In this document: positions 43,204-54,478 of the stretch, one piece after another | Layout: each line of letters starts with the position of its first letter | How positions within the stretch are numbered: the stretch's first letter is position 1 | Source: Oikopleura dioica | Taxonomy: Eukaryota; Animalia; Chordata | Reading direction: 5' to 3' | DNA: 64,000 bases | NCBI GenBank assembly: GCA_907165135.1 | Contig: OU015568.1 | Span: 15,697,208-15,761,207 of the forward strand | Translations under genes and position numbers: made by a program | Notes under the pieces: model-generated | Databases searched by the model: none | Seen by the model: only the letters and a program-made list of their open reading frames with translations | What the model was told of the DNA's origin: nothing

Positions 43204-44247
43204 ATGTCTCTTCCAAACCGAGTTAGCAAGTACAGAGATTTCTTGCCAAAGTCGCCGGGGCATTCAGATAATTACTACGGCTCGGCGGTAATTAATAATG
43301 AAATTCATGAACTATTCTAACTTCCTTTCTAGCCGCTGTGGAGCCAGTCATCCTGCGAAAAATCTCAAGATACTCAGACCTGCCCACCTCGATTTTACAC
43401 GAGAAATCCGTCAATAGAGCGAAGGAATTATGGAAGTCAGGGTTTCTCCATTGGAGAAAGCTCACAACTTGCATCTGCTCCAAAGGTACTTTTTTGATAA
43501 TTTTTTTTTCTTTCAAACTGAAATTTTATTTTCAGGGCAGAAAAGTCAGCGAAGCTGGTCGACCAAGATCCTTGCCTAGTACCCAGGTAAAGTCTAGTTG
43601 AAAATGACCACAGCTAATCAGAATTCAAGCAACTTATAAATGGCAAGCTTGCTTTTACTGCATCACAATTTACTCCAAAGAAAGACGCTCCCAAGAAAAA
43701 AGACCTCCGTATCGACAGCTGGACACAGATGACACCAAAGTCCAGCAAGCCGAAAGCACAGGAGTCAAAGAAGACAGTGAAAGATGCAGCGACGGAGATG
43801 ACACCAAAGAAGAAAGAGGCCAGCGTTCCAACTAGGAAAGAGGGTGATGTTCCAGAGAAGATTAAAATCAAGGAAGAACCGTGGCCGACACCACCACCAC
43901 AGGCTTCTAGAGCGACTCAATGGACACCCAAGTCGGCCGGTTTGCAGCTGAATTCTCTCCAACGAACCCCTATCAGAAAGAAGAAAGTAAGCGAGTACTT
44001 CGAAGAAGCAAAGAAAAACTTCGGGGAAGAGGGAAGTAGCTTTTCGATGGATTTCAGCGAGTCGCCAGGAGGAACGTTCAGAGTTCACTTCGAAAAGAAA
44101 CAGAAAGGTAAATCAAAATCATCGTTGTTTTATTCTGATTTCGTCCCTTCTAGCGACGATCTTGGAAAGCGAAAAGAACGGGAAGATCAAGTCGATCATG
44201 AAGCGAAGCATCAAGAAAAAACGAGTCAGCTTCAATTCTCAAACTGA
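43204..44247 (+). CDS. Multi-exon basic protein with several (S/T)PxK CDK-type sites; function unknown
   Basis: ORF 43729-44247 and upstream exons contain FTPKK, MTPKS, MTPKK, WTPKS and RTPIRK. Confidence 0.5.
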
Positions 44248-44787
44248 GCTCATCTATTAATTCTACTGTTTTTTGATAAAAATTGTCATTTTTCAATAAA
44301 ATTTTAAATCATCAACTTTTAGAAAAGATCCCTAGATCGCGTCGTTTCTTTCGAATTTTGACCCCAGTTAACCTCTTGACCGCCTTTTCGCGTTCTGGAA
44401 AACTTTTTTCGCGTAGGTTTATTACGCAACAGTGCGCAAAATGCGCGTAATGCTGGAGGATTTCGAGCTGGGGACGATCTTTTCTTCAAAAAAACAAAAT
44501 CTGAGATCAAATTCAAATCGGTAAGAGCTCACTCAAATTCCCAGAGATCCAAGAAGATTTTTATGACGGTCGTGAGAGCGCTTTTTCGCGGGCGAACTTC
44601 TTCAAGCGCAGAGATGATAAAATTAAAAAAAAAAACTTTTTTCAAATTATCTTTCAGAACTTCCTTTATCACCCTTCGCCCAAGCCACTTTCATTTCTAC
44701 CGTTCTTTATCTACCTCCCTCAGCCCTCTTCGCTCACAGCATCATTCAGACTTGACTCAAGAATCCCACCTCTTTTCTTCGTCGAAA

Positions 44788-46504
44788 ATGTCCTCCCCAC
44801 CAGCAAAGCGAAAGAAATCCGCGAAGATAGAAGATGATGGAGACAAGATTGCTCTTTTCATTTTCCGCCGAGATTTGCGAATCGAAGACAATACGAGCTT
44901 GATCAAGGCGATCAAAGATGGATACAGGAAAGGATTCACAATCTGAGCTTAAAAATTTCTTTTTCAAAAGAGCCAATTTCAGAACCCTTTCAAAAGAATT
45001 CTCCCTGTCTTCATCTTCCCTCCCGAGCAAATCGATCCAGAGCAGAACGAGTACTTCTCTCATCCAGCAGTGCAGTTCATGTGCGAATCTCTCAACGATC
45101 TTGGGCGCAATTTGAAGGAGAAAGTGTCCGGAAAGCTTCATCTTTTCAAAGGCGGGAATCTCGAAACAATCAAGAAGATCAAGAAAGTCGTCAACTTCTC
45201 CGCTGTTGCTTTCAACGAGGACTACTCAGTTTATGCGAAAGAGAGAGATGGAGAGATTGAAAAGTGGGCGGAGAAAAACGACGTGGAAGTGATCAAAGAG
45301 GAGGATTACGGACTGTTGCCGATCAAAGATGCATGGCATCATCCTAAAGATGGCCCGCCAAAGCCATACCGAGTTCTTTCCATCTTTTTCAAGGTAAAAC
45401 TCAAATTTCCAATGCATTTTCATTAGATATTTCTAGCACATTCAAAAGAACTACGATATCCGAATGCCAGAGTCTGAATTTGAATTCGAAGCATCTCAAT
45501 TCACCAAAGCCAAGTTTGACTTCAAATTCCCCATCGACAAGTTGAACACGCTTTACAAAGCCAACGAAGATTTGGCCGAACGAGGAGGAAGAACAATCGG
45601 CCTAGTTGGGCTACAGAAAATCGAGAAGAAGGCGGACTACAAGACGACTCGGGATTTCATGCACCTCAAGGCTGGGACGACGAAAATGTCCGCTCACTTG
45701 AAATTCGGAACAGTGTCTATTCGAGAGATGTACTGGCGAGTGGCAGAGTGCTTTGGCGAAACGCATGATATCATTCGACAGTTGGTGTTTAGAGACTTCT
45801 ACTTGAAGATCTACTCACACAATCCCGCTCTTCAGCGAGGAACAGCCCTGCAGGATGGTTTGGATAAGCGACTCCCGTGGAATGATGATGAAAAGCTATG
45901 GAATGCCTGGTGCGAGGGAAAGACTGGCTTTCCCCTTGTTGACGCAGCGATGCGGGAAATGAAGGCAATTGGCTGGCAGGTAAATCTAACTGAATCCAGC
46001 TCAAAATCTAACTCAATTTTCAGCACAATAGAATGCGAATGCTCACAGGATGCGTGTTGACCAAATACTTCATGATTGACTGGCGAAAGGGAATGAAGTT
46101 CTTCTACCAGAACCTCGTCGATGCGGATATTTTCAACAACACAGCCGGTTGGGGGTGGGTCTCGTCAACTGGCCCCGATGCCGTCCCCTACTTCCGCTAC
46201 CCCTTCAACCCTTGGACTCAGTCGAAGAAATTCGATGTGGTAGGAGTTAGATTTATCTACATCAAATAACTTTTATTAGGATGGAAAATACATCAAAAAG
46301 TACATTCCCGAGTTGGCCGATGTTTCTCCTGCAGATCTTCACAAATGGAACGACGCATCTATTCGAGCCAAGTACAAGAAAAACAAGAAGGTTCAGCAGT
46401 ACCCAGCGCCGGTTATTGATCATGAAGAAGCGTCGAAGAATGCTGTGGCTCAATACAAGAAGGCTTTTGAGGACTGGAAGGCGTCAGATGAATACAAGAA
46501 ATAG
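44788..46504 (+). CDS. DNA photolyase, microbial class I CPD-like; four introns, the first GA-AG (44928-44996)
   Basis: FIFRRDLRIEDN; TTKMSAHLKFGTVSIRE; RQLVFRDFY; WCEGKTGFPLVDAAMR; HNRMRM; LVDAD..NNTAGWGW; PFNPWTQSKKFD. Confidence 0.93.
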
Positions 46505-46630
46505 ATTTGCTCGAAAAAGATTCCATGAACTGCCGCAAGATTTTTTTGCACTGCCTCTGTTTCTTTGTTCAAGAATAAAATGAGAGATAACAGGAAATAC
46601 CAGATAGTAATTTGCTATTTTTATTTGCAG

Positions 46631-46966
46631 TCATTTACGAGCAAGGCAGCGATAGATAATACTCTCCATTTGTTGAATCAGTTTTTCTGTTGCCCTGTAG
46701 CGTCGTTTCAATCGAGAGAGGACCGTACCATCATTGTTGACTTCCTTGCCATTTCGGCGTCTAGTCCGCTTTCGCTTCTCTGATGCTTGGCTGCATATGA
46801 CTTGGATTCTTTGAGCAAGTGACCTCCTCAGTCGTTTCAGATCATCAAGTTCTTCGAGAAACTCGGGAAGTTTCTTCACATCTTTCTTTTCCGATTTCCA
46901 GTCGAGACGACATGGTTTTCCTTTCACTTTCGTTTTCACAAGTTTCACTTCATAAGCAACGTACAT
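46631..46966 (-). CDS. Short basic or coiled-coil ORF, probably the last exon of a small gene downstream of CPSF2
   Basis: 111-aa ORF ending convergent with the photolyase 3' end. Upstream exons are unresolved. Confidence 0.4.
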   Translation of the reverse strand: MYVAYEVKLVKTKVKGKPCRLDWKSEKKDVKKLPEFLEELDDLKRLRRSLAQRIQVICSQASEKRKRTRRRNGKEVNNDGTVLSRLKRRYRATEKLIQQMESIIYRCLARK

Positions 46967-47461
46967 TTCTTGTATTTTTGGAGAATGATATGAAGTTTTT
47001 TCAGGTCTCTATTTTATTATCGATATTCTCGAAAATAAAAAAAAAAATACGCTACTGTCCAAAATATCGAAGGTAGTAAAATAGCAAGATATCGATTTTT
47101 TCTCAATAAGATTATGCGTGGCGAATTTGGATATTTATCGGTCAAAAATTTTTGTTCTCCAGCGCCGTTATCAATTTGATTGATGCTCATCAAATGCTGA
47201 TGTAATCAGTTCACAGCTCTTGATCTCGAAGGCGCAGTTTTCAAGTTGAAATGAAACGCTGTCGGCAGAGATCAAGGCTTCAAATAGAAAGAATTAACTA
47301 AAGGAGTATCAGCAATTCTAACCAAAAGCCTTCCTTATTTCTTGATGCTTATAAAGACTCCGGTGGCTTTATCGATAATAAATTTATTTGTGATATTTAT
47401 CTGTGGCAGTGTGAAACTTTTTGAAAGAAAATTTCATGTAAATTGTTCTAATGCACTGTCT

Positions 47462-50400
47462 TCAAACAATCGCGTAGTTGGCGTAGACTTCCTTTCGGAC
47501 GATGAAGTATTCTTCGGAAAGAGCTCCTTCGACTTGAATCACACCATTCGCACTCTTTTTGATGCTCACTTTTTCGTTGCAAACCAAATTTCCTCCTGAA
47601 ATCCATTTTAAAAAGTAGCCAAGCTATGATTATCCAAGGATTATCCAAGGATAATCAAGCCTTACCGATAAACTCTGCCTGCATGCCCATTTCGATTAGT
47701 TTTGACTTGAGATCTGTAAGCTTTGTATCGTTTATGAAGATAGTGTCGTGTCCACTCGAGTAGGTATTTGAAACAGGCTACAAAACAGTTAAGAACTGAC
47801 GCTTTCTCTCTTTTCTATACCTGTAAAGTCGGAATATCATCGATTTCCAGCTTCCTCGGCTCATCCGACTCTTCCTGCAGCTCAAGTCGACCGCCAAAGT
47901 AGTCAACTCTTCCTCGAATCCTCGCGACTTCGATATCTTTGCTTCCAACACGAACAAAATTCAAGTTGCTCAAAAGAGAATCCTTCAGTTTCAGCTGGTA
48001 GATGAAGCTTTCCTTCGTCGCGTCGATTAATTCGTGATGCTAGAAAAGTGCCCATGACATTCTGATAAATAGAAGAAAGAACTTACCACTGGCATATGAA
48101 TTTTTATTCCCTGGACTCTTGATTTGATATCTTTGATGAGCTTGTCCTTGTACTTTTCTTTCGTGCGGATGAGGATCAATTCTTTGGGCTTGATAGTCGA
48201 CAGGATTTGAAGTTGAGATTCGCCGTCGACTCGTCCTTCGAAATCGATGAATTCGATGTTGCATCTTATTGAAACCTGAAGTTTATTATGAATTATCGGA
48301 TGATAAAGGTAAATGTTACCTGTTCTCGTGATTTGATACACTTGGTCGGCATTTTTTCCTCTTCCTCGGGGGTATCGGCTCTTTTCTTTTTCTTATGATT
48401 AGGATTGTGTCGCCCAAAAGTAACAGACTGTTCTCTTCCAGCTAAATCGTCATTTGAAGGATCACTTTCTGGAATAAGCTCGTGCGTTTTGTAGTCGTCT
48501 GGATTGATAATTTCGCCGTAATCGTCCCATTTAATTCGATTCTCGTTGAAAGGAAACATTGGGAACTTCTCCTTTCGCGCTTTTTTGAAGAAACCGCCTT
48601 CTTTCTTCTGCTGATGATGGGGCATCATGATGTCGTAAATTCGCTTTTTCTGAAATAATCCGTCAAGAAAGGCCTCAAAGAAGAAATTTTACCTTGACGA
48701 TCTTTTTCTTGGCAACAACGTTTTCATTTTCATTATCCGATTCGTCGCTCGACTCTTCCTGCAATCGCTTGATGAGTTTGGCGTGCTTTTCTTGGGGTGC
48801 GCGTCTTTTCTGGCATTTTGAGAAATGCGTCCTTTCTGGCATCGCGTTCTTTCTGGCAGTCGCGTCTTTTCTGGCACTGGAGTCTGATTCATTTTACTCT
48901 GATATTGAGTAGGGTCAACCAAATTTAATATGCTGATATTAATAGCATAAAATCTTTACCTTCAATAGCAACTTGCCACAGGCAAAACTTTTTTATTTGA
49001 TTTAAAAATTTTTATTATCAAAGAAAAAAGTGCTGATAACTTACATAACTTAAAAGATTTTCAGCATTACTTATGATGATCTCATAATTTTTCATTCGAT
49101 TCTAGTGCCAAGAAATTGGTCCTCTCAATCATATTCAAAACTACGGGTACTTCTTCTTGAAGATAATTTCAGAAGGAAATAACAGTTGATTAGATTTGGT
49201 AGACCCTACTTGATATCAGAATTCAATGAATCAGACTTCAGTGCCAGAAAAGACGCGACTGCCAGAAAGAACGCGATGCCAGAAAAGACGCATTTCTCAA
49301 AAATGCCAGAAAAAACGCGCACCCCTTTTCTTGCTCTCTTTGCTTCTCAAATTCTTCCAATTCCGGTCCAACCAGAGGCACCCGCTGCTTCATTTCCAGC
49401 GTAATCGAACTCATGCCTTCGTTTTCGATGATTTTTCGACAAAGAGAGCCTTTGACAGATTTGCTAGACATAATTATCGCGTTTTTCGGGTGACCAGCCA
49501 TCATCGTGAACAGTTCTCGCGAGAAACCAGTGTCCATGTCCATCGGCGTCGCAAGAACTACTTTTGGCTCTGGGATACGAGCAACTTCTTCGATGGACAT
49601 TCTCAATTTCAGCCGCGTAAGGTCGAAGACATTCTCTCTTTTGTGGGTAAACCTGGAGATGATTTTCTCGCTCATCCATTCGATCATTCCTTTCGCTGCT
49701 TCAATCATGCTCGGAGCTACGTTTGAGATCATGACCAGATTGACGCGGGAAAGGTTGAATCGCTCATCGTTCCAGAGTCCTTCCAAGAGAAGAGCCATTT
49801 CTAGCGCTCGGCCGGCGGTATCTGTCGTAATCAGGACGTTTCCGCCCTTGGTAGTGGTGTTTTGAATCCGTCGAACAAGGCGTTCTGTTCTTGTAGCTCG
49901 TCTTTCTTGCTGATAGCCGTAAGTCGAGCAGTCAGTAATCATCAGTGTCGGTTTGTCAAAAGCATCGAGCTGGATTCCGTTCAGATGCGTTTCTCTTTTG
50001 TGATTCGCGTCGACGCAGTAGACGAACTGTTCTTCCTCGTCCTTCACGATCTTCCAGCTGGTTCCGCCGATCATGTGGCCAGCTTGAACTGGAACAATTT
50101 GTAAGCCATAATCTTGCCCTCGTACAGCTTCCGTTTGATTGTGCTTGAGTTGAATTGCCCGGTCGAAAACGGCATCTACGTCGTCGAGGGTGAACATTTC
50201 AAAGTCCTCAACTGCGTTTCTCGCCAAAACCAAGTCGTAGAGAAACATTTGACCCATTTTACAGGTAGGCATCGTCATGTAAACCGGACAAGTGATTCCC
50301 AACTTGCCCAAGTAAGGGAGCATTCCACAGTGAAGAAGATCAGGATGAGAAATTAAAATTGCGTCGATTTGTCGCCCATGTCGCTTTAGTCCATCTTTAA

Positions 50401-50615
50401 ATTCTTGTTAAATTATGTGATGAGTATGGAAGGGCTTACCGATGATTTTTTCGTGGTGCTGCTCGGCCCAGCCGCAGTCGAGAAGAAATTTGAAATCGTC
50501 GATTTGAAGCAAGTGACAGTGAGGAGCTTCATCGTCAAATCCAGATAATGACTGGAAAATTATTTAGCATTTCTATTGAGCTGATTTTTACCTGAAACTT
50601 GACGATAGACGTCAT
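47462..50615 (-). CDS. CPSF2: Cleavage and polyadenylation specificity factor subunit 2 (CPSF100)
   Basis: MTSIVKF; FLLDCGW; [12 protein letters not shown]; [13 protein letters not shown]; SSDESD; [10 protein letters not shown]; [12 protein letters not shown]; C-terminus [13 protein letters not shown]...YAIV. TTCAG acceptor 2 nt before the ATG. Confidence 0.95.
48795..49324. mobile_element. Mutator-like foldback MITE, 530 bp, inserted in a CPSF2 exon and forming a GG-AG intron
   Basis: TIRs of about 135 bp starting GGGTGCGCG, each with four GCGTYYTTTCTGGCA-like subrepeats. Perfect 9-bp TSD CTTTTCTTG at 48786-48794 and 49325-49333. Confidence 0.93.
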
Positions 50616-50856
50616 CCCTGAAGATTACTCCTTCTTCCTTATTTTCTCTTTTCAATTTTTCAGGCTTTGACAAATTCTCCTTCTCGTATTGAGCCAATCG
50701 CAGCGCGCGCTTTTTTCAAGAAGCGTTCATTGTAGCGTTGATCTTCTGAAGGAGCACGCTTACTTAGACTTTTCACTCACTTGGACTCACTGAAGACTCA
50801 CAATTGAAAATTAAGGGCTTGCAAAAGTTATTATTATTAAAAAATTTTAATGCATC

Positions 50857-51447
50857 GACGATTTTCAATAAGGATTTCTGAGTGAAATCCTTACCCCCTT
50901 TTTATTTGCTCATTGAAAAGAGCGTAAAAAGTTATCCCATATTCACCCGGAAAATGATGAAATTTTGGAAAAATGATGTGATGGCACGTGACTGAAGTCC
51001 CAAAAAACTCAAACTTTCCCGCTCGATCATTTTCGACTCGTCTGAGCTAATAAGACTTGTAATAGCTCAAAATGATCGTCTCTGCGAGCTCTTGGTGGAC
51101 ATCAAGTTTTCATCCCTTTTAAACCCTTTTTTTAAATTTCTATTTTTCGAGCAATAGATGAAGGGATGAAAAAGGGTTGAAGAGCGATGAAAATAAGAAG
51201 CCCGCCAAGAGCTCGCCAAGACAATCATTTTGAGCTATTACAAGCTCTTGTATCTCAGACGAGTCGAAAATGCCCGGGCGGGAAAGTTTTGGTACTTTTG
51301 GGACTTCAGTCATGTGCCATGACGCTATTTCTTCGGAAATCTCATCCTTTTCCGGGCAAATCTGCGATAACTTTTTACGCTCTTTTCAATGAGCGAATAA
51401 AAAAGGGGGGTCAGGATTTCACTCAGAAATCCTTATTGAAAATCGTC
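50857..51447. mobile_element. Foldback MITE, 591 bp, almost entirely inverted arms
   Basis: GACGATTTTCAATAAGGATTTCTGAGTGAAATCCT...AGGATTTCACTCAGAAATCCTTATTGAAAATCGTC, flanked by ATC on both sides. Confidence 0.88.
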
Positions 51448-51645
51448 ATCATTAGTTATTATATTATTGCATTATTAAATTGTATTACTATCATTTCCAT
51501 CATTTCTCGAATATTAATTTTTTTTTAACATTTATAACTGTTTGAACGTAATAAACCTTATTAAGCAAATCAAACAAAAGCAAAGAGTCAGTAAATTTAT
51601 TTCAATCAGGTTTTGGTATTTGAACATGCGATTAGCAATTTGTTA

Positions 51646-53228
51646 TCATTGAAAGAAAAAGAGCAAAGAAAAAAGAGATGTGGACGCAAGTGCAGCTGAT
51701 GCCGAAGCTGAAAGTGATGTACTGGAGACTTCAAATTCGATATCCCTCTCGAACGACTGTGGAGGGCTTCGGTCAGTAGAATTGGTTCTGAGTGATCGAA
51801 CAATTGGAGAATCACCACATCTGTCAGCGTAAATACATCCTTCGTAGTCGTTGCTCTCACAACCGTTGATGCGGCACTCAAGATTCACCTTTGCTTTTCT
51901 GCCTCCGATCGCCTTAGTCAAAATATTATCATGTTTCTAGTTTTCTGGGTTACTTTTGGATAATACAAGGTTTTCCATTGAAGCTGATCGCGTCGAGTGA
52001 ACTCGAAAGAATCATCAAGAACGACGGCTTCAGAAAGACAGCCGTCTTCGATAAAGTTCTCCACGACATGAGTTTTACTTGTATCCTCGGAATTCGTAAA
52101 TGTTAGATTGCACTGCTGCATGAAGGGTCGATATTTGTCATAGCCTACATTTTAGAAATTTTTGAGATGATTTTTTTAAATACCTCCAAGTGTTTCGAAA
52201 TCAAAGAAGAATCCTAATTTGAACTCTTCTTCTGACGCCGGGAGAGAGTTCTCGTTGATTTCATATTTATCTTTTGGGAAAATTAGTTATTTTACCGAAA
52301 ACTAAATTTCAAGCATTACCGCTAATTCTAGCAGTGATCTCAAAGTCGAGTTCATCACTATCCGTCACGGTACCAACTGTAGGAGTCGGTAATATAATTA
52401 CACTATTAACGTCCTCCAATTCGACAGTTTTGAGGGAGCATTTAATGTCCCAGCCGTGACCAACAAAAACAAATTTTTCATCGTCACCGATTCCCTTTTG
52501 ATTGTTATTATTAAATCGTTATGAGAATCTAACCGGTCCAAAAAGAGTGTCAAAACCGACGCCAAAATTGTACACTGTCTCCCCGTCTTGTCTTATTTTC
52601 GAATTTTCAAAAATTCTTTTACATAATGTAAAGTCTTGTTGAAGGAGATAGTCTCATTGAGCTCGAACTCGCACGCGCAAGAATCTCCGTTCTGGAAGAT
52701 ATCCTCCAAATACTCCTCCTTTCGAACTGCTTCTGTAGCCCGATTTATTGTTTCAGTATCAACGATGCAAATTTTTCGATCGTCCTTAAGCACTTTTTAA
52801 ATAAAGTCTTAAAATATTTAACTACAATCACTCTTCCCGGAGGCACTCGTTTTCCTGGAAGCTTGTCAAAGTCCGAAATGTCGAATCGAAAGTTTTCCGC
52901 ATTGAAATCGCAGTCGAGTTTTGACATTGGACCTGGTGTTGGTGGAGGTGTTGGGACAGGAGGAGAGCAGAGGAAGTCATCGCCGGGACAGTCAACTTCG
53001 CATCCGTATCTTTCAAAGCAGTCTGGTGTTGTAAAGCACACGTGTGTAAAAAGATTGCATTCTTGATTACCAGCAGCCTCTCCATCTATTTACCGATAGT
53101 AGGAGTTTGAGAAACATTAACATACCGCATGTGGTCGAAAGTCCAGCATCAGCATAAGCAGCACTACATTTGGTTTTAACACCTTGAGACATTGCTGTCC
53201 CAGCAATTGTTGACAAAAAAAGTTTCAT
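51646..53228 (-). CDS. Secreted, membrane- or GPI-anchored ZP-domain-like protein
   Basis: Signal-like MKLFLSTIAGTAMS; Cys-rich N-terminus; Pro hinge; ZP-C-like QC...FIEDGC and VNLECRINGC; RSLR cleavage-like site; hydrophobic C-terminus. Confidence 0.6.
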
Positions 53229-54478
53229 GTCAGCCTATATCTCGATCGATTGATTTTAGTGGCAACTAAAATTATGAGAGAAAATTATGCAGTCCTGGAT
53301 TTTATATACCATCGGAAGCTTGATTTCTTAGCTGCGGAAGTCTTGATCGGATCTTGAACGCCTCTGGTGGAAACTAAAAGGGAAAATCATCCTACAACCT
53401 TCGGTTTATAATGAAGCAAGGAAAAATAAGAGAAGACAATTCTGACTTCGGAAAAGCGGAAACCAAATACTTATACAATCAACAGATTCAATGAGAACAT
53501 CCTGCCTATTGTAATTTCTCCTGGATAGGAATGCTTATTCTGTACTTTCTGCTAGGAAAGTTGAGAAGTGAAGCATCCAGCAAATTTATTCTTTTGTCGG
53601 GAATAAAATCTTTCCCATCCGGGCTCAGCAGAAAATTTCTTGATCTTTAGTTTTTTTAGTACAAAGGTATTGTTGACATAGCTGGGAAAGTAGTCTTTGA
53701 TTATTTCCCGGGTAATATTCCGGGTCGTATCATTCGTCCCACTTCGTTTCTTTGAGAGCCATTTTGACCCAGCCATTCTTCGAAAAGAAGTGCCTTTGAG
53801 AAAGATAAACTGTTTGACAGAACTTCCGGCGTTTGGAATTACGTGCATTGTTTTGCTGAATGTCGCAGGAGCCGGTGTCTCCTAGAGATTGAAAATTGGC
53901 TGTGAATAAAGTGTCCGGAAGGACATCTGCTCCAGGTCTTAATTTGGTTTTTCAGAGTACAATTAAAATTAGCGTTTGATTCCTATGTTAGGATAAAGAA
54001 CAATTCATTTTCAGCACCCATTCTTGACATGTGGTTTGGTCCATTTGAAGTGAAAAGAAGTTCCGCTTCCCCTCATATCAGGTTTTCCCTTTTTCAATTG
54101 AATTGAATTAATCTAAATTCAATCAACTGTTAATATTTTGAACGAGAGCGAAAACCGTTTCCCACATCCGCTAATAAATTCTTTACCCATGGAAGATAGT
54201 CATGGTCTTTATTGTAGCTAGAATATTCATGGTTCACTTAAATCTAAATGATTTGGCCGTTTCGTGACCACTAATGATCTCAAAAATAGCTGATAAGCAC
54301 TGTGAAGTTCACATGTGTACCCCAAAATTACCTGGTATATTTTGAAAATAATGAATTTGACATCAACTTCGTTGCGTCGAGAGACTTCTAGACGAATTAG
54401 CAGTCATTTTTGGTTACGAACAAACATCAAATATTAGCGATGGTATACAAACGTTGATTTCAATCCGCAAAAATCAAA

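Noticed and set aside
48689-49404. ORFs with repeated PEKTR/ARKDA motifs
   Set aside because: They derive from the TIR subrepeats of the CPSF2 element. No transposase is encoded.
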